This document shows positions 1-9,626 of a DNA stretch of 64,000 nucleotides, piece by piece (the first letter of the stretch is position 1; each line of letters opens with the position of its first letter). Below the pieces are notes generated by a model. It made no database searches and was not told the DNA's origin. It saw nothing but the letters and a program-made list of their open reading frames with translations. Position numbers and translations under genes: made by a program. Source of the DNA: an uncultured bacterium (GTDB lineage Bacteria > Fidelibacterota > Marinisomatia > SCGC-AAA003-L08 > JACNLC01); NCBI GenBank assembly GCA_964409335.1, contig CAYPCW010000002.1, forward strand, positions 26,637 through 90,636, read 5' to 3'.

Positions 1-593
1 TTTTCATAAGTGATCACTTTAATTGCATGGGGGTCAATCCGTTCAAAAAAGTTCACGTTGATTCCGCGGGGAGCAAATTCGGCGGCATATCGAATACCGG
101 GTGCAAATTCTGCGGCTTGTTTCATGGTAAATCGTTGCACTTCTGTGGCAAAATGGGTTGCGCCGGAATCCACATGGCGGCCTGAAAATCCTTCTACGGT
201 GATCAGATCGCTTTTGTACACAGGGGGAGTCATTTTCAAACGGATTTGGTTATCGTCCGACATATCCAATTCATGGGACCCATCGCCAGCTAAAAAATAT
301 AGATGGTTATCGACGACCGTACCCCTATTTTTAATAAATACTCCGGCACATCGTGCGCCGTTGGCACACATAGTCTCCCAGGTACCGTCGGAATTGTAAT
401 AGTCCATTTTAAAATCGAAGTCCGGCGCTTTTGAAAGCACCAATACCGCATCGGCGCCTACCCCCGTCCTCCTTTGGCAAATCCGCGAAATGAAGGATTT
501 TTCCCGAATGATATCCGGCGATTCCGCTGCATCAAAGATAATGAAGTCGTTTCCGGTACCGTGAGCTTTGGTGAATTTTATGCCGGTATTCAT
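1..593 (-). CDS. dapF: diaminopimelate epimerase, N-terminal ~197 aa (runs off left edge)
   Basis: Absent from the ORF track because there is no stop codon in the window. Manual reverse translation from the ATG (complement of 591-593) gives MNTGIKFTKAHGTGNDFIIFD...YNSDGTWETMCANGARCAGVF. This contains the GTGNDF motif and the first catalytic-Cys motif typical of DapF. The + strand ORF 10-399 is its antisense shadow. Confidence 0.85.
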   Translation of the reverse strand, partial: MNTGIKFTKAHGTGNDFIIFDAAESPDIIREKSFISRICQRRTGVGADAVLVLSKAPDFDFKMDYYNSDGTWETMCANGARCAGVFIKNRGTVVDNHLYFLAGDGSHELDMSDDNQIRLKMTPPVYKSDLITVEGFSGRHVDSGATHFATEVQRFTMKQAAEFAPGIRYAAEFAPRGINVNFFERIDPHAIKVITYE

Positions 594-632
594 CGGAGTT
601 CTTTGACCGGTTGTTGCAAATTGCCTCGGAAC

Positions 633-1046
633 TTACATTTGGACATAGTCAAAAAGGTCAGTCCCTAAATAGTAGGTAACAATTAATAAAATCAGGGCTG
701 TCACCCTGAGGAATATGATAAAACCAAAAGCCGAACGTCCTGTTTTGCAAGCTTTTTTCAGTTTTGCATTTGACCAGTGGATCAGAAGAATGGATAAGAT
801 CGCAAAAGTCAGTTTGTAATGAAAATTTGGAAACTTCATCCAAAATGGCTGGGTGATGATCATCCACAAACCCAGCAGGGGAGTCAGACCGGAAAAGATC
901 ATCTCGGTGATGAAAACTATTTTCGCCGTCAGGTTCGTGAGTACCTGGGACTTCTTTTTTAAAGCGAGGATAAAAAGCGTCATTGAAATCGACGACAGCA
1001 GGAATATACTGGCGAACCACAAATGGACAGTAGCGACTATGGACAT
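633..1046 (-). CDS. small integral membrane protein, SirB2-like (4 predicted TM helices)
   Basis: ORF 633-1061. Start moved to the internal ATG (MSIVATV...) because a GGAGA sits 5 nt upstream. The sequence is hydrophobic throughout. The family assignment rests only on size and topology. Confidence 0.5.
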   Translation of the reverse strand: MSIVATVHLWFASIFLLSSISMTLFILALKKKSQVLTNLTAKIVFITEMIFSGLTPLLGLWMIITQPFWMKFPNFHYKLTFAILSILLIHWSNAKLKKACKTGRSAFGFIIFLRVTALILLIVTYYLGTDLFDYVQM

Positions 1047-1153
1047 ATTTTCTCCAATCAATTAATATAAATTACATAATTCGGTGTGTCAGACCCAAAA
1101 TGATCTGTTTATTTCCAATTCGGGATAAAAATACAGGTAAAAAAATTTTCACT

Positions 1154-2497
1154 TTACAGATGGATATCCTTACCGGAAATCATCGTGATATCACCAAAAA
1201 CTTTGATTTGCGATTCGATTTCTTTGCCAATCCCGGAGAGGATGCAGGTATATCCGGTACGCAGAAAATACCGCGGAAGAATGGTCGAAATATCTGGTAC
1301 TGTTACCGCCTTTAGCGACGGAATATAATCGTTTACCCAGTCCGCAGGCAGATCGTATAATGCCATTCGCGTCAGTTTTGCTGAAAGCTGTTCCGCTGTT
1401 TCGAGAGACAGTGGAAAAGATCCGCACAAATACCGAACCGATTCCCGGATCTCGACATCCGATGGAGGATCGCTTCGGAGCCGGTCCAATTCCTCAAATA
1501 TGATCCGTATCATTTCGCCCGTGGATTCGGTTTTGGTAGATGTCCCGATTGTGAATGCACCCTGATGAAACATCCGGGTAAATCCGCTCGAAATGGAGTA
1601 TGTGAGACTCCGTTTCACTCTGATTTCAAGATTCAGCCGGGATGTAAATCCACCGCCAAATAATGAATTTGCCACAAGGATGGGAATCGTATCGGGGTGA
1701 TTCTGGTAAATTCCCGGGACACCCATGAGAATATCTGTCTGTACGGCATCTGACTTGTCCAGGACTATCAAACGGTTTTGAGACAGAAGGGGAATAGTTA
1801 TCCGCTGTTTTTCGTGGATTTCCCCGGTGTGCCATGAAGAAAAAATATCGGCAATTTTTTCAAAAGTGCCCTCAATCTGAAATTTACCTGTTAATACTAA
1901 AACCGCATTGTTTGCGATGATATGGCGGATATAAAAGGATCGGATATCCTCCGGCTGAAGTGCATGAATTTCTCTTAAAATTCCGTTTTCAGGGTTACCA
2001 TATGGGTGGTCGAAGCCATAAAAGTACGTCTGAAAAAAGTACGCACTCAGTGATGACGGATTATCCTTTATCCCCTTGATGGCGGCTGAAACCCGCTGTT
2101 GTGCGGCGTAAAACTCAGGGTCTGAAAAATGGGGTTTCATGACCATGCTGCCCACAAAATGCAGCGCAAGCTTCAGGTCTTTTTGGAGAAAATCCGCAGA
2201 TATGATGGAATAATCCGGTGCAGCGCCGGTATTCACCTGTCCCCCCAGAAAATCGATGGCTTCAGAAAATTTATCTGCTGAATATTTCCCGCACCCTTTT
2301 TTAAGCAATTCAAGCGTGAGCAACGCGCTTCCGGATTTTCCCTTTTCTACGGAAGTACTCCCGGATTTGATCAGACATTTCACAGAAACCAGCGGCATTT
2401 TGTCAATGGGCATCATCATCACTCTGAGTCCATTCGCCATCGTCCGGGTTTCAAAGTCCGGGAACCGGACTCGATCAGGAGTCATGAGGTGTCCCAT
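1154..2497 (-). CDS. M16 (pitrilysin/insulinase) family peptidase, non-catalytic-type subunit
   Basis: 447 aa with M16 N- and C-domain architecture. The position of the HxxEH zinc motif reads GSALLTLELLKKG, so the motif is lost. It overlaps the upstream M16 gene by 23 nt. Confidence 0.8.
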   Translation of the reverse strand: MGHLMTPDRVRFPDFETRTMANGLRVMMMPIDKMPLVSVKCLIKSGSTSVEKGKSGSALLTLELLKKGCGKYSADKFSEAIDFLGGQVNTGAAPDYSIISADFLQKDLKLALHFVGSMVMKPHFSDPEFYAAQQRVSAAIKGIKDNPSSLSAYFFQTYFYGFDHPYGNPENGILREIHALQPEDIRSFYIRHIIANNAVLVLTGKFQIEGTFEKIADIFSSWHTGEIHEKQRITIPLLSQNRLIVLDKSDAVQTDILMGVPGIYQNHPDTIPILVANSLFGGGFTSRLNLEIRVKRSLTYSISSGFTRMFHQGAFTIGTSTKTESTGEMIRIIFEELDRLRSDPPSDVEIRESVRYLCGSFPLSLETAEQLSAKLTRMALYDLPADWVNDYIPSLKAVTVPDISTILPRYFLRTGYTCILSGIGKEIESQIKVFGDITMISGKDIHL

Positions 2498-3881
2498 TCT
2501 GGTCCGGAATCAGTCTGATGATTATCCGGTTATCTCGTCGTAAATAAGTCTGTGCAGCCCTCAAGACATCCTGCCGGGTAACCGACATATACCGGTCGAT
2601 CATCCGGAATACCATTTTGTGATCATTGAATACCATATGGTAATTTGATATTTCGGTACACTTTCCCAACTGCGTTGATAATTCGTAAATCAATTGAGAC
2701 GTCAGTTGATTTTTGGCTTTTTGGAATTCTCTCGGTGAGACTAATTTTTCGGTAAGCTGGTCAATCTGGTCATCGAATTGTTGCAGCGCCCGGTCACCGG
2801 ATACGTCCGGACGAACCCTGAAATCGAACAGAAAGAGGTCCGGGTCAATCCCCCAGTGAAACGTGCCGGATACGTCAATCGCAATCTTGGCATCATGAAC
2901 AAGTTTTTTTACCAGCCGGGAACTGTCGCCGTCTGCCATAATCTGCTGAATGATGTCAAGCGCCGATGTATCAGGGTGGCTGCCCGCACAACCGAGGTAT
3001 CCCATTAGCCAGCGTTCCAGTTCAGCCTGCCGTCTGATTTCAATCTTTTTTTCACCGGAATACCCGGGTTCAATTGCAGGCCGGCAGTCGTCCACAATCA
3101 CTGGTAACATAGCGCCATATGCCGTCTCCAGTTTATTGATCAGTGGTGAAAATTCGACATCTCCTGCAACAATGAGAATAGCGTTTGACGGGGAATAATA
3201 TTTTCGATAAAAAGATTTGCAATCAGCAAGGGTCATTGCATTCAGGTCATCCATCCATCCGACGACAGGCCAATGATAAGAGTGGGTGGTGAAGGCATGT
3301 TTGTATAATGCTTCCCACATCGTCCCCGTGATGGAGTTTTCGGTGGACATGCGCCGCTCCTCTTTTACGATCTCACGCTCGGATGTAAACATTTTTTTGG
3401 TCAGTGAAAGATTGGCCATCCGGTCGGATTCCATGTCAATCACAAGATCCAGACATTCACTTGGGAATACATCATAATAAAAGGTCATGTCTTTGGATGT
3501 CCATGCATTTGAATTTCCCCCACTGGATTCAAGGAGATGGTCGAAGACGCCCTCGCCAAATTTTTTTGATCCGTTAAACATCATGTGTTCAAACAGATGA
3601 GACATTCCGGTAATTCCGTGGGACTGACCGGGTTTTTGGTACTCGTTTCTGGACCCTACTTTAAATGTCGTGCTGTAGCAGATAATGGGTAATGAATGAT
3701 CTTCGATGATCAGGACCAACAACCCGTTTGACAACCGGTGTTCCAGAATAGGGAATGTGTACGTAATCGCTTTCAATGATTCAAATATTCGCCTTGTTAA
3801 GAGCGCTGAATTTATGACGGTAATGGGAGGAAGGATGAGCGAAAAAACGGGGGTACCGGGAATTAAAAAAAGTAATTTCAC
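2475..3881 (-). CDS. M16 family zinc peptidase, catalytic-type subunit
   Basis: 468 aa with an intact inverted zinc motif, GMSHLFEHMMFNGS (HxxEH). The N-terminus is signal-like and hydrophobic. It is paired with the downstream inactive M16 paralog. Confidence 0.85.
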   Translation of the reverse strand: MKLLFLIPGTPVFSLILPPITVINSALLTRRIFESLKAITYTFPILEHRLSNGLLVLIIEDHSLPIICYSTTFKVGSRNEYQKPGQSHGITGMSHLFEHMMFNGSKKFGEGVFDHLLESSGGNSNAWTSKDMTFYYDVFPSECLDLVIDMESDRMANLSLTKKMFTSEREIVKEERRMSTENSITGTMWEALYKHAFTTHSYHWPVVGWMDDLNAMTLADCKSFYRKYYSPSNAILIVAGDVEFSPLINKLETAYGAMLPVIVDDCRPAIEPGYSGEKKIEIRRQAELERWLMGYLGCAGSHPDTSALDIIQQIMADGDSSRLVKKLVHDAKIAIDVSGTFHWGIDPDLFLFDFRVRPDVSGDRALQQFDDQIDQLTEKLVSPREFQKAKNQLTSQLIYELSTQLGKCTEISNYHMVFNDHKMVFRMIDRYMSVTRQDVLRAAQTYLRRDNRIIIRLIPDQNGTPHDS

Positions 3882-4240
3882 CCGATCGCATAAAACAGGA
3901 TATCATTTTTATATATCGGAGAATTTCACTCAAAAACCGGGCGATAGAGTTGAATTGAAAAATAATCAGATGGCGAATGACCGTGAAGACTTATACCTGA
4001 CATCCGGTCAGGCGGGTTCATCCCGTTGACCAGACGGACACTCAAATAATTGCCAGACTTGAATTTTTCAATCAATAATCTCCCGGACCAGCCACTTGCA
4101 ACCCTGCAAAATGACGAGGGAGCAGAGGCAACATTTTTTAATAATAATATTGTTTTGGCAGTTATAACCGGTGCATGGAGTACCCTCTAATTCCTGTAAA
4201 AAACGGTGATTTCCGCCTTATATTACGCGTTCGTTTTAAT

Positions 4241-5311
4241 ATGACAGAATCCACAAAATACCCGATCAATAAGATTAATACTCCGGAAAAATTGGACGAA
4301 GATTATCTTGCAGAACAATCCCTGCGCCCATCTCAATTTTCTGATTTCGTTGGGCAAAAAGAGACGGTTGAAAACCTGAAAGTTTACATCCAGGCAGCCA
4401 AACAAAGAACGGAAGCCCTGGATCATGTATTGTTGTTTGGTCCCCCCGGATTAGGCAAGACCACCCTGGCGAATATCATTGCCAGAGAACTGGGTGTGAA
4501 TATCAAACTGTCATCCGGGCCGGTACTTGACCGTGCCGGAGATCTGGCGGGTATCCTCACAAACCTTGCAGAACATGATGTCTTTTTTATCGACGAAATC
4601 CACCGTCTGAACAGTGTGGTTGAAGAATATCTGTATTCCGCTATGGAAGACTATACCATCGATATCATGCTGGACAAGGGACCGAGTGCGCGGAGCATCC
4701 AGCTAAACCTGAATCCGTTTACACTGGTCGGCGCCACCACCCGCCTGGGAAATCTGACCTCGCCTTTGAGAGACCGGTTTGGGGTTGTGCTTCGGCTGGA
4801 TTTCTATAACTATGAGGAGTTAATGCAGATCATCAGACGGTCGGCGTCGATTTTGGGCGTCAGGCTTGATGAAGAGGGCGGTCATGAGATATCCCGGAGA
4901 TCCAGGGGTACGCCGAGAGTGGCAAATCGCATTTTACGCCGTGCCCGAGATTTTGCCCAGGTCAACTCGAACGGGATCATCGACATCCATGTGGCAAAAG
5001 ATTCACTGGAAAGACTTGGTATTGATGAAACCGGTCTGGATGAAATGGACCGGCGTATTTTGGATGCATTGGTGAACAAGTTCAGCGGCGGACCCGTCGG
5101 ATTGGAATCGCTGGGTGTCGCCATCTCTGAAGATGCGCGCACCATTGAAGAAGTGTATGAACCGTATCTGATTAAAGAAGGGTTTATCCAGCGAACACCC
5201 CGCGGAAGAATCGCATTAGATAAAACATATTCACATTTGAACGTCGATCAAAAGACACGAAAAGATTCAAACGAATCTGGACAGAATCAATCAACATTAT
5301 TTGAAAATTAA
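4241..5311 (+). CDS. ruvB: Holliday junction branch migration helicase RuvB
   Basis: Motifs [12 protein letters not shown] and Walker [12 protein letters not shown], with FIDEIHRL and a winged-helix C-terminus. Start trimmed from 4175 to the ATG at 4241 (MTESTKY...) to give a normal RuvB N-terminal length. Confidence 0.93.
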   Translation: MTESTKYPINKINTPEKLDEDYLAEQSLRPSQFSDFVGQKETVENLKVYIQAAKQRTEALDHVLLFGPPGLGKTTLANIIARELGVNIKLSSGPVLDRAGDLAGILTNLAEHDVFFIDEIHRLNSVVEEYLYSAMEDYTIDIMLDKGPSARSIQLNLNPFTLVGATTRLGNLTSPLRDRFGVVLRLDFYNYEELMQIIRRSASILGVRLDEEGGHEISRRSRGTPRVANRILRRARDFAQVNSNGIIDIHVAKDSLERLGIDETGLDEMDRRILDALVNKFSGGPVGLESLGVAISEDARTIEEVYEPYLIKEGFIQRTPRGRIALDKTYSHLNVDQKTRKDSNESGQNQSTLFEN

Positions 5312-5320
5312 AGAGGATTT

Positions 5321-6379
5321 ATGTTAATCGGATCACCTGAGAAACCCCCCCGTTTATCGGAATTTGAACTGGAAATACCGGAAAAATTGATTGCACAGTT
5401 TCCTGCAGAAAAACGAGATGAATGCAAACTAATGGTACTGGACAGATCAGATCTGTCCATCAAACATCGTCAGTTCAAAGATGTGGTAGAATATTTCAGA
5501 AAAGGGGATGTGCTTGCCGTAAACAACACCAAAGTGTACCCCGCCAGATTATTCGCCCGAAAAGACAATAACGACTCCATCGTAGAAGTATTTCTCCTTC
5601 GTGAATTGCAAAAAGATCTGTGGGAAGCCATGGTAAAACCGGCGCGGAAAGTCCGCATCGGCAATAAACTTCACTTTGGCGAAGACATCACCTGCGATGT
5701 CATTGACAATACCATTTCAGGCGGCAGAGTCGTCCGATTTGAATATTCTCTCGATTCTCTCTATCCTTTCATCGAAAAAGAGGGATTGTCCCCCTTACCT
5801 CCGTATATCAAGCGAGACCCTGTCCCGGATGATAAGATGAATTATCAAACGGTATATGCATTGGAGCGCGGCTCTGTGGCTGCCCCCACCGCAGGCCTGC
5901 ATTTTACCAAAGAACTTCTGGATAGCATACGTGCCAAAGGGGTGAAAGTGGTGGAAGTCACACTTCATATCGGGCTGGGTACATTTCGGCCGATCATGGT
6001 GGAAGACCTGACCCGTCACAATATGGACTCCGAGTACTTCCATATTTCTTATGAAGCAGCAGACACTATCAATGCGGCACGGAAAAAGAAACGGTCGGTG
6101 ATGGCAGTAGGTACATCCACGGTTCGCGCCATGGAAACCGTGGCAGTTTCCCGGACACAGATCACCGCCAAAAAAGCCTGGACCGATAAATTCATTTTTC
6201 CGCCCTATGACTTTAAAATGGTGGACAAACTGGTAACGAATTTCCACCAGCCTAAATCCACACTTATGATGATGGTCGCTGCATTTGGGAAAAAAGATTT
6301 CGTACTCGAAGCCTACCAGGAAGCGATCCGGAAAAAATACCGTTTCTACAGTTATGGCGATGCCATGCTGATCATTTAA
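5321..6379 (+). CDS. queA: S-adenosylmethionine:tRNA ribosyltransferase-isomerase
   Basis: 352 aa with typical QueA strings (FELEIPEKLIAQFPAEKRDECKLMVLDR, AAPTAGLHFT, TNFHQPKSTL). Confidence 0.93.
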   Translation: MLIGSPEKPPRLSEFELEIPEKLIAQFPAEKRDECKLMVLDRSDLSIKHRQFKDVVEYFRKGDVLAVNNTKVYPARLFARKDNNDSIVEVFLLRELQKDLWEAMVKPARKVRIGNKLHFGEDITCDVIDNTISGGRVVRFEYSLDSLYPFIEKEGLSPLPPYIKRDPVPDDKMNYQTVYALERGSVAAPTAGLHFTKELLDSIRAKGVKVVEVTLHIGLGTFRPIMVEDLTRHNMDSEYFHISYEAADTINAARKKKRSVMAVGTSTVRAMETVAVSRTQITAKKAWTDKFIFPPYDFKMVDKLVTNFHQPKSTLMMMVAAFGKKDFVLEAYQEAIRKKYRFYSYGDAMLII

Positions 6380-6414
6380 CCATCCACGCACCGGTACCAA
6401 CCGCAGGGATAAAC

Positions 6415-6882
6415 ATGAGAATCGGGCAGGGAATAGACACACATCAGTTGGCAGAAGGCATTCCGTTGATCATCGGGGGGGTGACGATTCCCTATCCCAG
6501 AGGATCGAAGGGCCACAGTGATGGTGATCCCCTGCTCCATGCCTTGGTGGATGCTCTTCTCGGCGCCATCGCCGAAGGTGATATCGGGACGCACTTTCCG
6601 TCATCCGACCCAAGATGGAAAGTTGCCAACAGCCGGATATTTATCACTCATGCAATGTCGTTGGTGAAATCCCGGGGTTTTTCCGTTGTCAACGCAGACT
6701 GTACGGTCCTGCTACAGCAGCCTGCTCTCAAGCCCTACATCCCCGAAATGCGTGAAATCATTGCCGGATTTTTGAACGTCGATACGACCCGAATATCCGT
6801 CAAAGCCACCACCACCGACCACCTGGGTTTCATTGGCCGGGGAGAAGGCATTGCCGCCATGGTCTCTGTAGCGTTGGAATAA
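6415..6882 (+). CDS. ispF: 2-C-methyl-D-erythritol 2,4-cyclodiphosphate synthase
   Basis: 155 aa: MRIGQGIDTHQL...GHSDGDPLLHALVDALLGA...GDIGTHFP, the canonical IspF metal and substrate motifs. Confidence 0.95.
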   Translation: MRIGQGIDTHQLAEGIPLIIGGVTIPYPRGSKGHSDGDPLLHALVDALLGAIAEGDIGTHFPSSDPRWKVANSRIFITHAMSLVKSRGFSVVNADCTVLLQQPALKPYIPEMREIIAGFLNVDTTRISVKATTTDHLGFIGRGEGIAAMVSVALE

Positions 6883-7091
6883 TTAAACCACGATGCGAAC
6901 GGCAAGTTGGGTGGCTTTCGACGCTTCGCCTGATCTTACCGGTTTTCCAATACCTAAAAATCACCCATCAGACTCCACCCGCCATTTTTCCAGAGTCAAT
7001 TCGTTCTGTCTGCAATACATTCATCAAGTCATTCACCCATCACCGCCGCAAAACACCGTAAATTTTCCCCGTTAAAGAAAGCTCCAAAACC

Positions 7092-9374
7092 ATGAGTGTA
7101 CATCCTTTTCAGACGTTAAATTGCCGGGTTATCAAAAACACAGTCATTTCCTTGTTAATCAGTGCGTTTCTGTTTACCCAAAGCAGCCGTGTCGATGATT
7201 CGTGGATGCTCTATGATGATACGGAAGTGGCCGTGGTTCATATCACTATTGACCCGGCGGTTCTCCAATGGATTTATGAAAATCCCGACAGTGACAGTCT
7301 GCATGTGGCACAGCTTCACTTTACTAACTCTCAAATTGATGAAGATGTAGTTGATATTGGTTTTCGACTCCGTGGTAACACTTCGAGGGATGCGCTGAAA
7401 AAGTCGTTCAAAGTGTCTTTCAATACCTTTGTACCGGGACGTGAATTTCACGGAATAGACAAAATGAATCTCAATGGCGAGCACAATGATCCGTCGATCA
7501 TGCGGTCAAAGATCTGCTGGGATATGTATCAGCGAGTGGGGATGAACGCTTCCCGGGCTGCTCACACTGCGGTGTACATCAATGGTGAATATTATGGGCT
7601 TTACATTTCCGTTGAACACATCGATGACGAGTTTCTGAACAAAAACTTTGCGGATGATACCGGAAATTTGTGGAAATGTCTCTGGCCCGCAGATCTCTCC
7701 TACCGTGGAGACAACCCGGAAAACTATCTGCCCTGGATTGATGAAAGCCGTCCCTACGAACTCACCACAAACGAAGACGGCAATGATTTCACGCAGCTTG
7801 CCCGACTCATCTCCGTCATCAATAATACTCCCGACAACCTGTTCGCAGATTCACTGGAACAGGTGCTGTATGTGAATGAAGTCCTGAAATATATGGCAAT
7901 GAATGTCCTCACCGGGAACTGGGACGATTATTGGTATCTCATGAACAATTACTATCTGTACTATGAACCGGACGCAGATAAATTTCACTGGATTCCCTAC
8001 GATTACGATAATTCGCTGGGCATCGACTGGTTCAATATCGAATGGTCTCAATCCGATCCCTATGCATTCCCGGTGATGAATAATGATCCCCGGCCGTTGA
8101 TAGAACGGCTCCTTGCCAACACCCGGTACCGGAATCTCTACACCCGTTTTTTATCCTTCTTCCGGGATATGATCGATTCTCCCGACTGGCAGCCTTACCT
8201 AGAGGATTTTCGAACGCTCCTCTATCCATGGGCAGAACCGGATCAGTACCGTCGGATGGATTATGGTTTCGACGATGAGGGCGGAATGGATGATTTCTTG
8301 AATTCGTACGATGCGAATCACTACGAAAATCTCCACGTCAAACGAAGCCTTGTGGAATTTCGGGACATGCGAATCAATTCCCTGCAGGGTGTTCTGAATT
8401 ATATTCCCACAGCGCCCCTCATTTATGACTGGCAGATGGTTCCCGCCTATCCGTTACAAGGAGATTCATTGATGATCTCCGCATCTGTATTTGACCCGAA
8501 CGGGGTGACATTTGTGCAATTGCAATTTACTCCGGCAGGCGGATCCCAGCAATTATTCAGTCTGCAGTACAACCCTGTACCGGGCGCCACAAAAGTTGAA
8601 GAAGCCGACCGGTGGCACGTCCAAATTCCATCATTGCCTGAAGTGAATACTGCGCAACTCCGGTTTGTGGCGATGGATAGTAACGGACAAATTGCATTTT
8701 ATCCGCCAACCGGAACGATCGTGATCACCCTTTTTAACAGCGTTGAATCCGGACTACGGTTGAACGAGCTGATGGCATCCAACTCCATAACCATCGCTGA
8801 TGATGAGGGTGAATTTGATGACTGGGTTGAACTGTACAATTTAAGCAATCATCCCATCGTGCTGGACGGACTGTATCTTAGTGACAATCCAAATAATCTC
8901 ACCAAATGGCAATTCCCCGCCATTCAACTTGAAATCCCCCGGGCAGACTATCTGATGGTTTGGTGCGATGAAGATGAATCACAGTTGGCATTGCATACCA
9001 ATTTCAAGCTCAGTGCCGGAGGAGAATTTGTGATCATCACTGCAACAAATGGAACGGATATCGTAGATCTGATCGAATTTGATGCTTTAGGGACCGATGT
9101 CTCCTATGGTCGATTTCCGGATGGCACCGGTGAGTGGGTGATTCTGCCTGAAGCATCTCCGGGTAGCTCAAACGACCTTGGGATAGGATGTGGTGTGGGA
9201 GATCTCACCTGCGATGGCAGCGTGGATGTTTTGGATATCGTCGGGCTGCTAAGCTGGATATTAACCGGCTACGCCCCGGATCCGTGGGAGTTCCTCTCGG
9301 CTGATGTGAATACCGATGATGAGATGGATATTTTGGATGTCGTCATGATAGTGGATATGATATTGAACGGGTGA
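7092..9374 (+). CDS. secreted CotH-family protein with lamin-tail (LTD) domain and C-terminal dockerin
   Basis: Signal-like N-terminus followed by a CotH-like region (about aa 40-400: HFTNSQIDEDVVDIGFRLRGNTSR, KMNLNGEHNDPSIMRSK). The LTD-like segment is about 8752-9170 (LRLNELMASNS...EFDDWVELYN...GEFVII). Two dockerin Ca-binding repeats lie at about 9198-9371 (GDLTCDGSVDVLDIVGLLSWIL and ADVNTDDEMDILDVVMIVDMIL). Confidence 0.8.
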   Translation: MSVHPFQTLNCRVIKNTVISLLISAFLFTQSSRVDDSWMLYDDTEVAVVHITIDPAVLQWIYENPDSDSLHVAQLHFTNSQIDEDVVDIGFRLRGNTSRDALKKSFKVSFNTFVPGREFHGIDKMNLNGEHNDPSIMRSKICWDMYQRVGMNASRAAHTAVYINGEYYGLYISVEHIDDEFLNKNFADDTGNLWKCLWPADLSYRGDNPENYLPWIDESRPYELTTNEDGNDFTQLARLISVINNTPDNLFADSLEQVLYVNEVLKYMAMNVLTGNWDDYWYLMNNYYLYYEPDADKFHWIPYDYDNSLGIDWFNIEWSQSDPYAFPVMNNDPRPLIERLLANTRYRNLYTRFLSFFRDMIDSPDWQPYLEDFRTLLYPWAEPDQYRRMDYGFDDEGGMDDFLNSYDANHYENLHVKRSLVEFRDMRINSLQGVLNYIPTAPLIYDWQMVPAYPLQGDSLMISASVFDPNGVTFVQLQFTPAGGSQQLFSLQYNPVPGATKVEEADRWHVQIPSLPEVNTAQLRFVAMDSNGQIAFYPPTGTIVITLFNSVESGLRLNELMASNSITIADDEGEFDDWVELYNLSNHPIVLDGLYLSDNPNNLTKWQFPAIQLEIPRADYLMVWCDEDESQLALHTNFKLSAGGEFVIITATNGTDIVDLIEFDALGTDVSYGRFPDGTGEWVILPEASPGSSNDLGIGCGVGDLTCDGSVDVLDIVGLLSWILTGYAPDPWEFLSADVNTDDEMDILDVVMIVDMILNG

Positions 9375-9520
9375 TCGTAAACCTGAAGAATTCCTTTTAT
9401 CTGAACAGGGCAATCAGGATTTTCACCACAAAATACCATGAATGGTTAATGGAGGCATTCAGCCCTGGATCATCGGGATATCAAAAGGATCAGATGAAGG
9501 AAATCCCGCAAGAAATATAT

Positions 9521-9577
9521 CCTGTTTGCCATCTAAATAGCATCGACAAAAACCCTTTTTATCCTGTGGCAAACAGG
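9521..9577. repeat. 11-bp perfect inverted repeat with 35-nt spacer
   Basis: CCTGTTTGCCA (9521-9531) pairs with TGGCAAACAGG (9567-9577). It lies in the intergenic region between the CotH-family gene and the M15 peptidase gene. No T-run follows. Confidence 0.6.
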
Positions 9578-9626
9578 CTGAACATGGTAACTTTTTAAAC
9601 CGAAAATAACCAGGAAATCTAAATTT

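Noticed and set aside
10-399. 129-aa + strand ORF at the left edge
   Set aside because: The opposite strand encodes an unmistakable DapF N-terminal half (GTGNDF and the catalytic-Cys motif). The + ORF is its shadow.
3706-4029. 107-aa + ORF and the 360-nt divergent intergenic region between the M16 gene and ruvB (3882-4240)
   Set aside because: The ORF overlaps the M16 5' end on the opposite strand and has no motif or ribosome-binding site. I saw only an imperfect hairpin near 3995-4030 and could not support a small RNA or riboswitch from the sequence alone.
5795-6442. 215-aa minus-strand ORF, and similar long antisense ORFs at 44818-45363, 51004-51489, 52370-52939, 53150-53713 and 62811-63392
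   Set aside because: Each lies entirely inside or opposite a well-supported gene: queA, the 1180-aa T9SS protein, the MDR dehydrogenase, the giant surface protein or the MacB ATPase. Their sequences are Cys/His/Arg-rich and low in complexity, which is typical of antisense frames.
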